Assembly: GCF_003918875.1 (NCBI RefSeq) | Contig: NW_025767524.1 | Location: 2,294,001 to 2,358,000, forward strand | Source: Haliotis rubra | Taxonomy: Eukaryota | DNA length: 64,000 nt | Direction: 5' to 3' | Program-made: the position numbers and the translations under genes | Part shown: in pieces, positions 50,101 to 64,000 of the stretch | Position numbering within the stretch: position 1 is the first letter of the stretch | Layout of the letters: each line of letters starts with the position of its first letter | The notes under the pieces: generated by a model | Databases searched by the model: none | What the model was told of the DNA's origin: nothing | What the model saw: the letters and a program-made list of their open reading frames with translations, nothing else

Positions 50101-53100
50101 AGAGACAGAGGCATTTCCTGCAGATGGTGTTGGTCAGTATCTTATTATGTCAAACTTTCATTGTCATTCATAATCTCCACCTTTAGCATACATACTGTAT
50201 TTGTTTACAAAATCACAACTAGTTATGCCTGTCAAAACCGTCAACTGTATGTTGATGAAGTATGTAAATGTTTTTTTTGATAGTATTTTCTGTTTTATTG
50301 ACTTTACGAGTTGGAATGTGGGAGTGAATGTAATGTAACTGGAGTACTGGTGTTCAACACAACTCTCTTATACTCGCTGACTGACTCACTCTGTAGAGAC
50401 TATTCAAACTATTAACAATACAAACCCACAGAACTGCAGTGCGATACATATCCCTTGCTTCTGTTTCAGGAAACTTCACTCAGTTTGATACGATGTGAAC
50501 AATTTGAAGAACTGAAGGACTTACTGAGACCGACAGAGTTGCAGCCCCTTAAACCAGTAGTCTTGTTGCTTGGTTGGTCCCTGTGTACTACTTCAACTGT
50601 TGCCAGGAAGCTGTTGGATGTTCTTTGGGATGAAAAGGTATTTACTCTAAAACAATGTTTGCTATATTGGTGTGTTTACCTGGTTATAACACCAATAAAA
50701 GTTTAGTACCATCGTGGCTATTGACAAATTGAACTGCATCAATTTTGTACACATGTATTAGGGGGATCAGCAATTTTGTACATAAAGATATTAAGAAGTA
50801 TGATTAAAATTTAGGGGAAGGAGGGGTGGGGGTAATGGAATTTGTACATGACAGGCGGGTGTGGGGTCTGGGTGTGGGTCATTCACATTGTACATGCTTC
50901 TCCATAAAAATCATCATTTTTTCATTTTTGTTTCGCAAAATTCATTTGCTTAAGATTGTTTGAATTTTTGTGGAATTCTGATTGTTGTTATGATATGTTG
51001 TAAAACTGTATCAACTTAATGTCTGTATTCCAGACGCCATGTCGGCATCCTGCTCTGGCTGCTGGTTGCCGCAAGTTGGCATATCAGATTGACCTTATTC
51101 AGTGGTGCCTTGATAGAACCAAGTAGGTGCCACTGTTAACCATTCTATGCACACTGTTGTGTGTGTTTCAGTGAGTGAGTATGGTTATATGCCGCTTTTA
51201 GCAATATTCCAGCAATATTACAGCAGAGGACGCCAGAAATGGGCTTCACACATTGTACCCACGTGGGGAATCGAACCCGGGTCTTCGAACATGATAAACG
51301 AACCCCTTACCCCTTGGCTACCCAACCAACCCGCGTTTGTTTCAAGTTGATCATGTTCAGGGATTAACATGCATTTTTCCTAATCTTGACTCATGCTACA
51401 TTGCTTATCTCCCTTCTCCTTTCGACGGTTATGTGGAAACTTGAATCCCTAGTTCCCTGAAGAGAACGTAAAATCACTTACCCACGGGTTGCCTCCCTTT
51501 TCCCGCCAAATCAGTCCCATGTTATTTGAGCCATGCTCCTATCACTCTCTCCTTCATTGCCCAAGCGGACGGTCGGGAGGTTTCCTGGGTCCTGTTTGCG
51601 GCATATATCCTTTATTTCTTTTTCAGAAGAAGTCCTCCTTGGGGTACATATAATCATTAAAATGTCCATTATAAAACCTACGACAGTTGTAACAATATTT
51701 TAATAAAAATATTTACAAAACAAAAAACTACGTTTTTGTCTTGTGAGACCACCCCTACAGGGCCCCTGAGGGCCCCCTACAGGCAAGAGCATGTAACTCT
51801 AGCCGTCTACCTCGCACCTCACTTTTCATGCTGTCGTTCACCAGTGAAAGACGTGTGTGTGTTCATTCGAAGTTACAAACTTCGACCTACAATTATGTCA
51901 GAGAAAGAGTCAGCAACTGTATGGTATGGTTCTTTTTCTTCCGCACGGGTGGTAGATGGAATGTTTAGGTTGATTTTTTCATTCATAATTTGTTGTAACT
52001 TTGCCGGTCGGGTTCCCATTTCGGGCCATGTGGCAGGCAAGATGGCGGACCGCACAGCATGCATTCGTCCTTTGTTTGTGTGGCTAGCATTGCTTTCCTC
52101 AAGCTAGGATGTCTGTATATAATATGTTTATCATATCATAGGCTTGCCTTATCTTTTTCGCTGTCAGTGTTTTAATGGTAAGTCTAGGTTGGTAATTTAG
52201 CATGTACGTTGTATCTGCTGTATATTACACCGCTATATGTAAACACAGATTAGCTTGCGGTTTTTCCACTTGTTCATGTAGACATGTTGAGCTGGTTAAA
52301 ATTGCTTTGGCTTTTTGGCAAATTTTATCGCCTGTGCATTTTCTTTTGCTGATTGCTTGTGTATATATTTGTATATTTGTTGCTGGACAACAGTTACCAT
52401 TAGCCTGGTTCTGTTTGTTACTTTGAACTATTAAGAGTCGCCACGCTGATTTCTTGTTCTACACCAATTTCCTGCAGGTGAGGGGGGACATTTCTGCTAA
52501 GGACCCTCCCTCCAATAAACCAAAGAAGAAGAGTTCTTCTTCAGTGAGTGGTAGAGGCTAGGGGTAAGCGGGCCAAGGCGGCGGAAAACCCCCTTCTTCC
52601 CCTACCCCCTCTACTTCTGTACAATCATCTAAAAAATCTGCACCTATTACGTTGTCTGATTTGTCCTCTATCTTACAGCAACAGATGATGTCAGTTCGGT
52701 CACTTATCTCGGACGCGATGTCCGGTCTCTGGCAGGAGATCGGTGTCCTTCTGGGGATTAGTGGCAGTCCGGGGTCATCTGTCGGAGGCACCGCTTCCTC
52801 CCAGCAGCCTTTTCAGAGGAAAGGGAAGTTGGCCCCGGCTTCCCAGTAAGCTTTCCTCTAAAGCCCTTAGTGGTCCCAGCACAAGCAGTTGTTACACTGC
52901 TGACCGCCGGGATTCACTGCCTATTACCCGATATCCCTGTTGGTGGCCGACTTACTCTGTTCCTTTGGAAGTGGGTGAAAGTCGCTTCAAATCCCTGGGT
53001 CCTGTCCACACTCAGGGATGGCCAGTTGCCACAGTGAAAGTGAGGCCCTCCTCCTTTCTCCGGGATTCGTTGCACACCGGTGCCGAACTCTCAGGAGAAG

Positions 53101-56100
53101 GCAGATATACTCCATGCTGGGGCCAGTCGTTGCTGGACAAGGCAGCCATCGAGGTGGTTCCAATGGGCCAGGGAAATCAGGGGTTTTACTCCACATATTT
53201 CCTGGTTACCAAAAAGGACGGAGGGTTCAGACCCATTCTCAATCTCAGGGGTCTGAACGACATGATAAAGGTGCCGTCTTTCACCTCTATCAGTCGGGAT
53301 TCCACACGAACAGTGATGGATACTCTCACCAAGTTGGGTTGGATTATCAACCTCAAGAAGTCAGAAGTGGTTCCGACACAGGATCTGGTTTTCTTGGGGG
53401 CGAGATTCAAGATGCAGCAAGGCATAGTCTCTCTGTCTCGAGACCACATATCCAAAGTCCAGAGGGTTGTTTTACAATTCCTCCAGTCCCCCAGGGCCTC
53501 AGCTCGGACATGGCTCCAGTTGCTAGGCAACATGGCGGTGACAGTGGACATAGTTTGGCGTGAGCGTATGAGGATGCGACCTGTTCAGCAAGTGCTGACG
53601 CAGCTGTGGTCTCACTCGGAGAGCTACGACAAGGTTCTAGTAACTCCGGAGTGGCTCATTCCTCACTTGAGGTGGTGGACCGACACCAGGAAACTATCCA
53701 GGGTTATCCCACTGGAGACCCCGGTGCCTGCCTCACAGGTTGGGGGAGGGGTGTGTGTTCTGGGAGACCTCACAGTTTCCAGGCCTTTGGTCCGAGAACG
53801 AGGCAACCCTGCACATCAATTGAGAGCAGTCCGTATTCAAACGCTTCCGGGAGAAGGTTCAGAGCCGTGTGGTTCGTCTAGAAATGGACAATCAATATAA
53901 CCAATGACCTACATCCTGAAGCAAGGCGGTACGGTGTCCCCGTCGCTCCTTCAGGAGGCGTGGCAGTTTCTACTTTGGTGCGATCAGTTCAACATTCGGG
54001 TCATGCCTGTTTATCTCCTGGGGGTAGACAACGTTCGTTCTCACGTCGTATTCTAGCCCCCCATGAGTGGTTACTCGACCGGGAGATTTCGGGATTATCT
54101 CCCAGTTGTTCAGGTCATTCCAGGTGAGTCTGTTTGCCTCTGGGGTGACGAACCAGTTTTGCTCTCAGATCCCGGAGCGATCGCCTCCAATGCCTTCCCG
54201 CTCGATTGGATAGACAGGGTTCTGTGGGCCTTCCCACGATACCCCTGTTCTCCAGGGTCATCTCGCAGCTAGCCACCCAGCCAGCGTGAGTACTTGTGCT
54301 TCTTGCACCTCTGTGGTCGTCTCAGCGCTGGTTTCTGGTAATACTCGGGTCACTAGTTCAGCCTCCTGTACTATTACCCATGTGGCCGGACCTACTATCC
54401 CAGAACGGCGAGTGTACTTGTGTACTTTTCTATTTCTGTGTGGTTGTAATTGTTACTTTGAATGGATGGTTGTGTCACACAGAATACCACACCCGCCTCA
54501 AATATCTTTGGGAGTCTGTCTTATGCTTATATGTACCCCAAGGAGGACTTCTTCTGTAAAAGAATTATACAACCTGTAGAGGTTATGAATTCTTTGAAGA
54601 AAGTCCTCCTTGGGGTACGGCCACCTGCCTCCCCTCGCTCTGTCTAATTCATTCAGCCCTGAAGATTGTAAGGGTGGTCTCACAAGACAAAAACATAGGT
54701 TTTTGTATATATATTATATATTATCATAATGATGTAATTATTCATGGAATTTACGGCTAATTTTTGAGATTTTTCACATTGTTTGCTACTTGGTAGTATG
54801 TAAACAATGCAGGCTACGCATTTCAGTGGCAGATCCACACCCTGTGACGGGGAAGTTCAAGAGTCGCTTCATTCCGCTATCACCCGCCATGACTATTGAA
54901 GCCTCCCGAACTACGATATCATTTTGGATCAGAGCTGTCATCCTACGAGCCTACAAAGCAGCAGGGCTGGATCCGCCAAGATCCTCCCACCCTCACGAAG
55001 TTAGAGCCTTAGCCTCGACACTCGCTCTACATGGGAATTGCTCATTATCATCCATCATGGAAGGCTGTTTTTGGAAGTCGGACACAGTATTCGCCAACCA
55101 TTATCTTCGCGACATCGCGACAGAAGAAGTATCCAGTATCCACCAGTTGTGGCCTCTTGTAGTAGCACAACAACTCACGCTACCAGCCAGATGATAAGAA
55201 ACTCACCTTTATCACATTGACTTGTTGATGCCAGGCCAGCAGAGAGTCCATGTTCCACTGTCTTATTACATAAGTCCGCGCATGAGTGATCTAAGACTCA
55301 GTTTTGGTAATAGTCCTTACCAACACATAATGGTCGTTCCAGATAACTATACATCGAGGCGTACTAGTTTATCTAAATCCACGAAATCTATAGATTTACT
55401 TCTTTTATTAACTTAAGAGAAGGTGGTCCCCAGAATTTTGGACGCAGGAAGAAGCCGCAAGAAGGGGGTATATGATCAGAGAATGCTATATTGATTGATC
55501 AGTCACAGTGAATCCTGTTAGGTGGCTGACCCACCACCTATTCTGTCAGATTCTGTAAGCAATATAGCATGAGTCAGGATAAGGAAAAATATGTAATTTT
55601 CTGATAAAATTGATATTTTATACTTAACCTGACTCATGATTTGAAGGGCCGTCCCTTCTAATCACTGCAGGCTTCACTGTAGGCCTTAGTGTTTGGCTAA
55701 TTCAGGAGAAAGTGATAAGAGCATGGCTCAGGTCATGTGGGACCGATTTGGTGGGAAAGGGGAGGCAACCTATTGGTGAGTGATTTTACGTTCTCTTCAG
55801 GGAACTAGGGATTCAAGTTTCCACATAACCGTCGAAAGGAGAAGGGAGATAAGCAAAATAGCATGAGTCAGGATAAGTATAAAATATCAATTTTATCAGA
55901 AAAATTACAAGTCTATAGAGAGCTGAACAATATTTGACATTAGCTGGTGACTTCAGTGCAAATGTACTCAATTACAGATAGTTGTCACATACTGTAAACG
56001 TTTTATATATTTCGCGAGGTTTTATTTTTGCGCTTTTCGCGCAAAACGTTTTAGTAGCAAGAAAAACGTTTTATATTATATACCATCTTTAATAAACCTG

Positions 56101-59100
56101 TCATTCATTCAGTCTAGCCATTTCGCCCTGAGTTGTTACCATAACACATCAAGTTTGAAGACAGAAATCTACGGGAATCTTAAAATGACGACTGATAGTA
56201 GCATAAAGAATCATACTTAACTGTCGCTGTAATGTATTTCCCAAAACATAATTAAATAATGAGCTAAATCCCATCGCCGAATTAGCGAAAACAGCAATGT
56301 GTATTGTGGCCGCCATGGAAATTGGTCACATGACAGATGGTTTGATACAAAACAGATTACCATGAAACGACTCGGAAAGAAATAATACAACAGTATTTTA
56401 TTTATTCATTAAGATTTTATTTACCAGTACATCATGAAGCTTAATAGTCACTTAACACTCAATCATCTCATTCACAACAACCCGGCTTGTTTGAAATCAC
56501 AAAGAGCTTCATATACAGTAGAAGTTAATTCGTCAGATCGTCAGAATTCGGAACATAAGACTGATGTGTTTTTAATCTCTTCCGTGAGTAAACGGATTAC
56601 TGTGTACTAGTATATCGCACAGATAGGGATTTCCTGTGAGTATGCAATAAACGCCGCCTGACAGGTTAAGCCACTCTGTTTGTTTTCACTGCTATTAGTG
56701 GCGGCCAAAGAGACAGCTGGCAGTTCCGGCAATTACTGATTGCGCGAATAATTGACCGCGCGATGTAGTCTAAACTGTCAATTCCGCGAAAATTGCACCA
56801 CGCGAAAATAAGTACGTTTACAGTAGCTAGAACATTTCTGAATGTGGCATTAAACAACAAACAACCCCCAATCCCTACCCAAACCATGAAATTACACTTT
56901 CGACCTATGTATAAGCTACATGTGTTGACAGACCTCTTCTGGAGTCAAGTGGCGTCGGTGTGACTAACCAAGAGCGAGCGACCCATCTTCTACAGGGCCT
57001 GGAGGCTCACTCAGTGTTGTTTGTCCTGCACCAGTCCACAACGCTTGCCTCCCTTGACCAGCAGGAGGTGCTCCAGCTATTGCAGAACACAGCAAAAAGG
57101 CAGGACCCAGGTCAGTCAGGGCTGGAGATACCCTATAACCTGGCAACTTGCATCTGGGGGGAAATCAACTTCTTTTGATTTCTCTGAGATTTTATGTATT
57201 TATGTATAAGATGGGATCAAAATGAAACCTTTTCTCCTGATTCATCTTATCGGGCTCTAGAGTGGGCAAAGACAATGATAAAAGTTGAATCTATGGAGAC
57301 ACCATGATGATGAATTGTGTTGAAAAAATTTGATGTACCATCCGTATTGACTGAAAGTTCTCCCTTGTCTATTGTAGATTTTAAATAACTCTTAAATGTG
57401 ATACCTGTAAAGATTTAGGTTAGAATTGGCCTTCAGTAGCCCATGCTGGTCTTTAGAGGTGACTAACGGGATCGGGTAGTCAGACCTATTGACTTGGATG
57501 ACACTTTTCATTGTATCATCATGATGTTGATCACTGGATTGTCTGATCAAGACTCAATTATTTACAGACCGCCGCCATATAGCTGGAATATTGCTGAGTG
57601 GCATTAAAACAACAAACAAAACATGCAGTAAATGTGATTACGTTGCCATGGTTGCATCGAAAGACTTTTGAGGTGTGCTTCCTCACACTCTTGATGATCT
57701 CAATCATACACTTTGTACCACCTATCTTGAATCTGTGACAATGACTACAGTAACCTTCTATGTTCTTCAGAGTCCAGTAAGAAGCAGAAAAGTGTACGTT
57801 TCAACATTGCTGGACATGACCAGAGTGGAGAGAGTGAAGCAGACGATGGAGCAGACATCAGTATTGAGCAGCAGCAAGATCTCTCTATTTATCGCAGTTT
57901 TTGTGCTATCAGAAACATAATGGATGCCATTGCCTTCTGTTCTGAAAATGCAGATCTTGAATTAATGAATCCTATCTGTGTGAGGAAAGCTCCTCGACCC
58001 CGGAGTCTGTCGAAATCCTTCACATGTGAAGTAAGTGTCAGCAGCAGTGAGGGCGAAGACAGCAGCAGCCAGTACACCCAAAACATCAGCCGATCTGTCT
58101 CGGGAAACTTCATCAGGTGTACATCTGGGAATTACAGCCAATCCACAGTAGGGAACAGCGGTCAGGTTATTGACAAGGACAGCTTTCAGGATCTGTATGA
58201 TCAGTCAGTGACTCAGAAACTGATGGACACGCAGAACCATCTAAAGAAGCTACATCCACTAACATACAGGGTTGAAGTGCTGGAGGATATATTTTCTTTA
58301 CTGTTTGCCACACATCGGGATGTCCAAGAATCTTCCAACACAACCGACTTTGATAGTGATGAAGGACATGAGGATGGGAGCAAGAGGAACAGCCAGGAGA
58401 ATATGTCCCTCAACACTTCACTCATTTCAGAGGAGGATACATCACCTCTGGCCCAGAAGACTGATTTCTACTCGAGCCAGCCACCTTCACTCAGTAGTCA
58501 AAGTGTCCCTGCGAGGGGATCAGGTTATGATGAACCATTCCGGGAAGATCCCCCTGCACAGGTATCTCAATCTGTCCACAAGAAAGTACGAGTTCCTCAG
58601 GATCAGTTGGCTGAGGAGGTCAGGAAGTCGGCGTCTGCTCTACTGAACTCAGACAACACCAAGAAGATGAATAACTCGGCTGGAAATAGAGCTCATGTGG
58701 CTGGACAGGGAATAGATAAATGTGCTGTGTTTAAGCTGGGATTTCTAGCAAATGAGTACCTTGTACGCGATCTTCTTGCAATGCTGAAGGAGTCCCTTCT
58801 TGATATCAATGCAGTTAGGTATAAACTGACTGGACAGAAGTCAGATTTGGGTAAAAAGTCAGAACTGAAGGCAAGCACAGACACACTGCATGTTACTCAT
58901 GCTATGGAGGAGGCTCTGACACAGGTTGTCAAGTCAAGTGTTGTTCCAGAAACATTACAGAAGAGGCTGACCAGACTCACTCAGTATATACATGAGGCTC
59001 AGTGGCGCTTCCAGCTGGTGTCACATGACCAGTTGCCAAAGCAACCAGGTCAGGTTCTTCAGAGACCAGTGTTTGTTCCTGGAGATGATAACTTTGATGT

Positions 59101-62100
59101 ATATAGGTCAGATGGATGGCTGAAGGGAAGATCCAGAAGTCCAAACAAGGACAGGAGATCAGGTACTGGCACTGAGACAGATGTTCTCATGATGAGGGTT
59201 TGCACAGGTCAGAGAAAGTGAGGATATTCAAGATCAAATACTTATTCAGCACTTTGAAAACAGTCGGAAAATGGATTATTTGCGAAAGTCAGGGAGTTTA
59301 GGGCTTTACATATATGAATGTTTGTATTAACTCCAGTATATGCGTTACTTTGTGTCTTCTGATTTGCAAATATTGACATCTGTGGATCAAGAAAATGGAT
59401 ACTGATCAGGGGTGGAAATAACTTTAAAATTGCTAGTGTACTCCGGTACAGTGGCACATGTAAAATCACTTGCCCTGATAATTTTTCCGCTATAACGGCC
59501 CATTTTCTTGGTGATTTTTTAAATAAACAACATAACTAACATTGGAATTTCAACTGGACACCGGTACAGCGTGATATATAGAGAATCTCACCTGCTGATT
59601 GAAAGTGTCTCTTTGGCAATATTTAGAGGCTCACAATATTTGGCAATCTTTGGATGGCATATCAAACAACTTTTAGTCTGTTCTCTGCAACTAATACATT
59701 ATCAGCATTCAGCAGAATCTGAATTAAGTGATCTGATCAATTTTGTACTTTCAAAAAGGTATCATAAGTGACAAAATGCATTTCTTTTGAAGCATCCCCA
59801 TCCCCATCGCTGAATGGAGAGAATGACCCATGTGATATTGAAGTCCGTCGTAGGCGAACCTCCGGTGTGTCTAGGACTAGTTTTAGCACTCAGAGTGGGC
59901 TGGTGCAAGCAAGTCTGGAGATAATTCCACTGATGCTGTCAACTCCAGACACCCTCCTGACGATGAGTTTATCAAAGGGAAACTTTGCACAGGCAGCCCA
60001 AGTCATCAAGGTGAATTTTTTAAATGTTTGTCTACGATGGAAACAATGAATCTTATCTGTTGTTTGAAGAACAGACAAATAGACTAAAGTATGTAATAGA
60101 TATGTCTACCAGACAACTGGGAGAAGGTGTCACTAGGGATTGTAACCAGTCCGAATTTGACCGGATGAAGTGGATGCCATGCACAAAGGTTGTGCAAAAG
60201 ATAGCTTGGTTTATTTAATGTTAAAATGTGCAGCTAGAGTAAATGTATATTTGGGTTATATTGGCTCAGGATTTTGTTCAGGTAACAGAGCAGGATAATG
60301 TTCTAATCTTCCTATATATACTGAAGGAACCAATTAAGGGAACACCACTTCATGGCAGTGTTCCTTTATTTATTCTCAGATTTCCTCCCACAGCACTATT
60401 CAAAGCTGGTGATGAATACTGGAAAATATTAAAGGAACGCTTGAATTTTCCTGTGTATCTTCTTTAGTTTCTCTCAGTACATTATGAACACTAATGATGT
60501 AAACATGACATAGAACCAAGTTTTGTTTCGCCTCATGTTACACATATTTTCTCTTTCATGAAACTTGCCACCAATGCATAATATAGTTTAAAAAAGTCAT
60601 GGCTATGAATAATGTAATGTCTACTGATTCGATTTACGAAAAAAGTGCTTTCTTATGCAAACATTCTTTCACTTTGTTGCATTCAGTTAAAACAGAGGAA
60701 GGTTAGAGTGATATGGAACTTCTGATCTTTTAGTATCTCCTGAGGTCATAGCAGAATTGATGCCTCTCTAATTCCAGTTGTTCAAGCTTGAGAAGTCAGA
60801 AGCAGCAGAAGAGGTGTCATTTTCAGAGGCATATCACAAAGCTGCTAACAAAGTGGCAACCCTAGAGAGTTCAACAAGGGAGAGATCTGGTGCTTCATCT
60901 AACCTAGGTAGACCAAGCATGAAGGCCTTGGCTAAAGTGGCAGCTGCTGGAGTTGCATCAGCCTCGCTTTCAAATGTGACAGATGAGCTGTTGTCCAGCC
61001 TAATCATCCCAAGTTTGCCAAAGCCAAAGGCAACCTCAAACATGCCAAATGACATTATGAGATTATTCACTGAACTCGATGTCAGTACAGCAATACTTCT
61101 AGACCTTGTGTGTACCTCATGTAGGACATGGGACTTGTGCAATAAACTCTTTGATATTATCAAGACTAAAGTAACCATTGAAAATGAGGTGAGTGAAGAC
61201 ATTGGATGGCGGAACAGTACTGGTGTAAGTACCTCCAGTAGAAAGTCAAAGAGTGATGTAGGACTGAAAGGGGCATTAACATTCCTTAAACAGATGGAGA
61301 GATTGGTGCATGGTTTTGCAGATGATGCTAGTATTGGTAAAATATTCACGTCTGCTGGGCCAATGACATCAAAGCCAAGCATCGAGAGGCAGATGAGAAC
61401 TGGAACATGTCCCCTTGTGGCAGAAAAAGTGAACACTTTTGTTAGTGCAGTTGAGGAAGTTAGACGATGGGTTGACAAAATTAACAGGGCCTTCGAAAAT
61501 GTTGGCAGTGTGAATAGACGTGATAGTTTGCAGCTGCCTGAAACCTCACCCCCGGTGTCTCCAGTAGACTCATCACCCAAATTCAGGGACTCATCACCAA
61601 AGGTCAAGGATGCACCAAAGTCATCTCCAATCCACAGTGCCTACAAGCATTTTTGTGGAGCACTGGAAAGATGTGCCCCAAAAGGAGGTCTGGTGTACCT
61701 CCTCAAACGGTAAGATCTATTTCTATTGATATGTCAAAGATACAAGATCTCATTGTGTGGGTGGAGAACATCTTAAACTGCATCACTTTAGGTTTTCTTG
61801 CTATAATAAGCTGAAACGCTGATATACAGTGGAAGCTGTCTAAACCGGCACTCATCGTGACTGAAGTAATAACCCGGTTTAGACAGCGTGCTGGATTGTA
61901 GAGCTGACACGGTTACCTATGACAAGAACTGCGCTCATATTCTCTTTTATTCACTTAATAGCATAAACATGATAAATCAGCACATTTGAAAAAAAACAGA
62001 CATTGTGGATTGTTTCTTCTCAATTGACGATTCGAGGGTGATTTGCTCAGCGACACTTTCTAAGTTCTCAATGTGGGACAGCAGGTGCTAGACAAAGCGA

Positions 62101-64000
62101 AGTGCTTCATTTCTTGTGCATATTTTGAGGAAGTCTCTCATTGTCCTGGAGTACAAGTATGCCCATACTGAACTAAAATTAAATAAATGTTTCCGGAAAC
62201 CATGTAGTTACCTAACGTGTGATGGCTGCCACATGCTCATAATCCCTTGTTATTTCAACGCAGGATTAGTTGGTGACAATACACAACCGACTTACTCCCT
62301 CGCCACACGTCGGAATAGACGGCGGTGATTACTGTTTAAACACATATTCAGGCGGCTCATTTCATGCCCAGATCTGGAAATGACAGCTGCCAGATTGCAG
62401 AGCTTTTAAATGTTCATAAATGTACCTGCCACGGACGGGACAGAGATTTTATGCGGTGTTAACAAATTGCCAGATTGGACAGCTGCCTGTTTTGACAGCT
62501 TCCACTGTAACTGAATACTGTTCAAAGCAATCTTGAAACACAAATAGCTCAGGTGAACTGTGAGCAGCAATTTGGACCAAGAGATGGAAACTATCAGTTT
62601 GACTCGCATTTGAATCGGCTTGCTTTTTCCATGTTAAAATATGAGTGTTTTGATTGTCAAAGAATGAAAATCACCTTTTGAAATGGGGTCTGGTATTGAA
62701 TGGATGACTGCATTCCTGGCATCTGACAAACAAACTTCCACAAAGCGACTGTTGCACATTGACTATTAAAACAGTTTTCCTCAAAGCAATAGAAGTGCTA
62801 CGTCTGTTGTAAGTCTTATGTATGGGAATTGTGATCATCTTCGCTCCATGATTGCTATATGGAACAGGCCCTGGTACTTCAATGGAATACTTCGCAGACC
62901 TCTGATCTGTCTTTATTGTGGCTATGGAAGGGAACCTCATCCATTTTGGCTCCCTGTTTAATACAGTGTAGTTATTGGCTGTTTCCCCTTCCAGATATGG
63001 TGTGGAGTCGTCTCATGACAAAAGCTACCTTCATAGTCTGTACGAACATGTTCGGGAACTTGCAATACTTGTTGCAGAATGTGACGGCAGAACCAAAGGT
63101 GAGCATTGACAGTCAGTTTACTTCACTGATAAATGTTTTGAATCAATTTTGAATGTTAATATATAAAATGATGTGTATATATTATTCATTGTACAGGTGA
63201 GGTCACATGTGACCCAGTTATTTAATTTGTTGTGCAGAGTTGTGTCCCCTTGGTATGATGACTTTTAATCCCTGATTAGTCCTGATTATGATTGTGTGGT
63301 TGGCAACATGATCCATCTGCCAGTAGGATTCACTGTTCAACAACACATAAAATCTTCGGTCTTTCTTTCGACATCCATCCCGTAAACATTACAGGTTAGA
63401 TCTGGTGTCCAGCCCATGCTTGTCATAAAAGGACGTCAAATGGGATTGGGTAGTCAGGCTCACTGATTTGTTTTGATGCATGTGTCATCAATCCCACTTG
63501 TGTTACTTCTGGTTGTAGAGCAGAAACATATCTTCCATTTTACAGAGACTGTGATCATACCCCAGAACTACTTCGAGATGTTGCAGGAAGGACCGGTCAC
63601 CATCTTGGGAAGACTTATGTTTGCCAAACGAATGATTCCATCCAGGTAACATTTACCTTACAGTAGATTTTGTGTTTGAATTCTGTGTATGTGTGTGTAA
63701 TTACTGATATTGCACTCTTGATTTACTTGTATTGTTAAAGGTTTGTGAGTACATTTTGCTGTGATATTGAGATGAAATACATTTTGTTTTCAATGACATA
63801 TTCTGGTATATGGCACAAGTGCTTTTCTTTTCCAGATTGGAAAGTGTGGCACAAAAGTTGAGTCTCAACCTAACACACATCATAGTCCACAGCTGCTGCC
63901 CCCGAATCCCCAGCAAACACCTGCCACCATTGCTTGCCTTGCAACTGAATCAAGGTGAAGGTCATACCATCTTAGTTACCCACAATTCCATGTTGTTGTT
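47138..64000 (+). CDS. ZFYVE26: Spastizin / zinc finger FYVE domain-containing protein 26, 5' portion
   Basis: N-terminal LLLGQWELARACLSQL matches spastizin GEWELAQACVPQL; also YRSFCAIRNIMDAI and YRVEVLEDIFSLLF. Phase-consistent exons 47138-47361, 48102-48192, 48738-48827, 49458-50132, 50470-50637, 51034-51122, 56932-57110, 57771-59162, 59793-60010, 60778-61709, 62995-63098, 63546-63645 and 63836 onward. Confidence 0.9.
51373..55909 (+). mobile_element. Outer DIRS1-type element of a distinct family, largely deleted
   Basis: ~150-bp inverted termini (51380-51535 vs 55720-55875) and an ICR at ~55557-55640. YR C-terminus HPHEVRALAST...FWKSDTVFANHYLRD at 54790-55194. Confidence 0.88.
51614..54710 (+). 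mobile_element. Inner DIRS1-type element nested in the outer one; same family as 32805-38059
   Basis: Terminus gaagtcctccttggggtacatat...aaaacctacgacagttgtaac; RT/RNase H remnants at 52743-54050; methyltransferase-like remnant NAFPLDW...LWAFP...LLAPLWSSQRWF; ICR at ~54525-54618; right terminus truncated. Confidence 0.9.
55992..56823. mobile_element. Non-autonomous Tc1/mariner-type element
   Basis: TA|CTGTAAACGT...ACGTTTACAG|TA with subterminal TTTCGCG/CGCGAAA repeats. Confidence 0.8.
61827..62507. mobile_element. pogo/Tigger-like MITE
   Basis: TA|CAGTGGAAGCTGTC...GACAGCTTCCACTG|TA. Confidence 0.8.

Noticed and set aside
60834-61607. 257-aa minus-strand ORF
   Set aside because: Antisense shadow of the large ZFYVE26 exon 60778-61709, with no motif or splice support.

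Overview
AT-rich, intron-containing animal genomic DNA. It is not prokaryotic; the SINE repertoire suggests a mollusc, possibly a gastropod such as abalone (inference). Genes in order: first coding exon of a TASP1-like gene (-); SDHAF1 followed 105 nt later by an intronless TAMM41, apparently on one exon (+); ABRA/Costars (+); COX16 (-); a possible unknown two-exon gene (-); an unrecognised ~62-aa single-TM ORF whose stop, after splicing, lies 2 nt before the NDUFB1 start (+); a complete 8-exon NEK2 (-); and the 5' part of ZFYVE26/spastizin (+), head-to-head with NEK2. Introns hold four DIRS1-type tyrosine-recombinase retrotransposons (one nested in another), a decayed Tc1 element, Harbinger and mariner-type MITEs, and three SINE families. 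The most interesting signals are two candidate bicistronic mitochondrial transcripts (microprotein+NDUFB1; SDHAF1+TAMM41) and a NEK2A/NEK2B-like alternative C-terminus. Several conserved genes are frameshifted only at homopolymer runs, so the assembly probably has uncorrected indel errors. All homology calls are by-eye recognition, not database searches.
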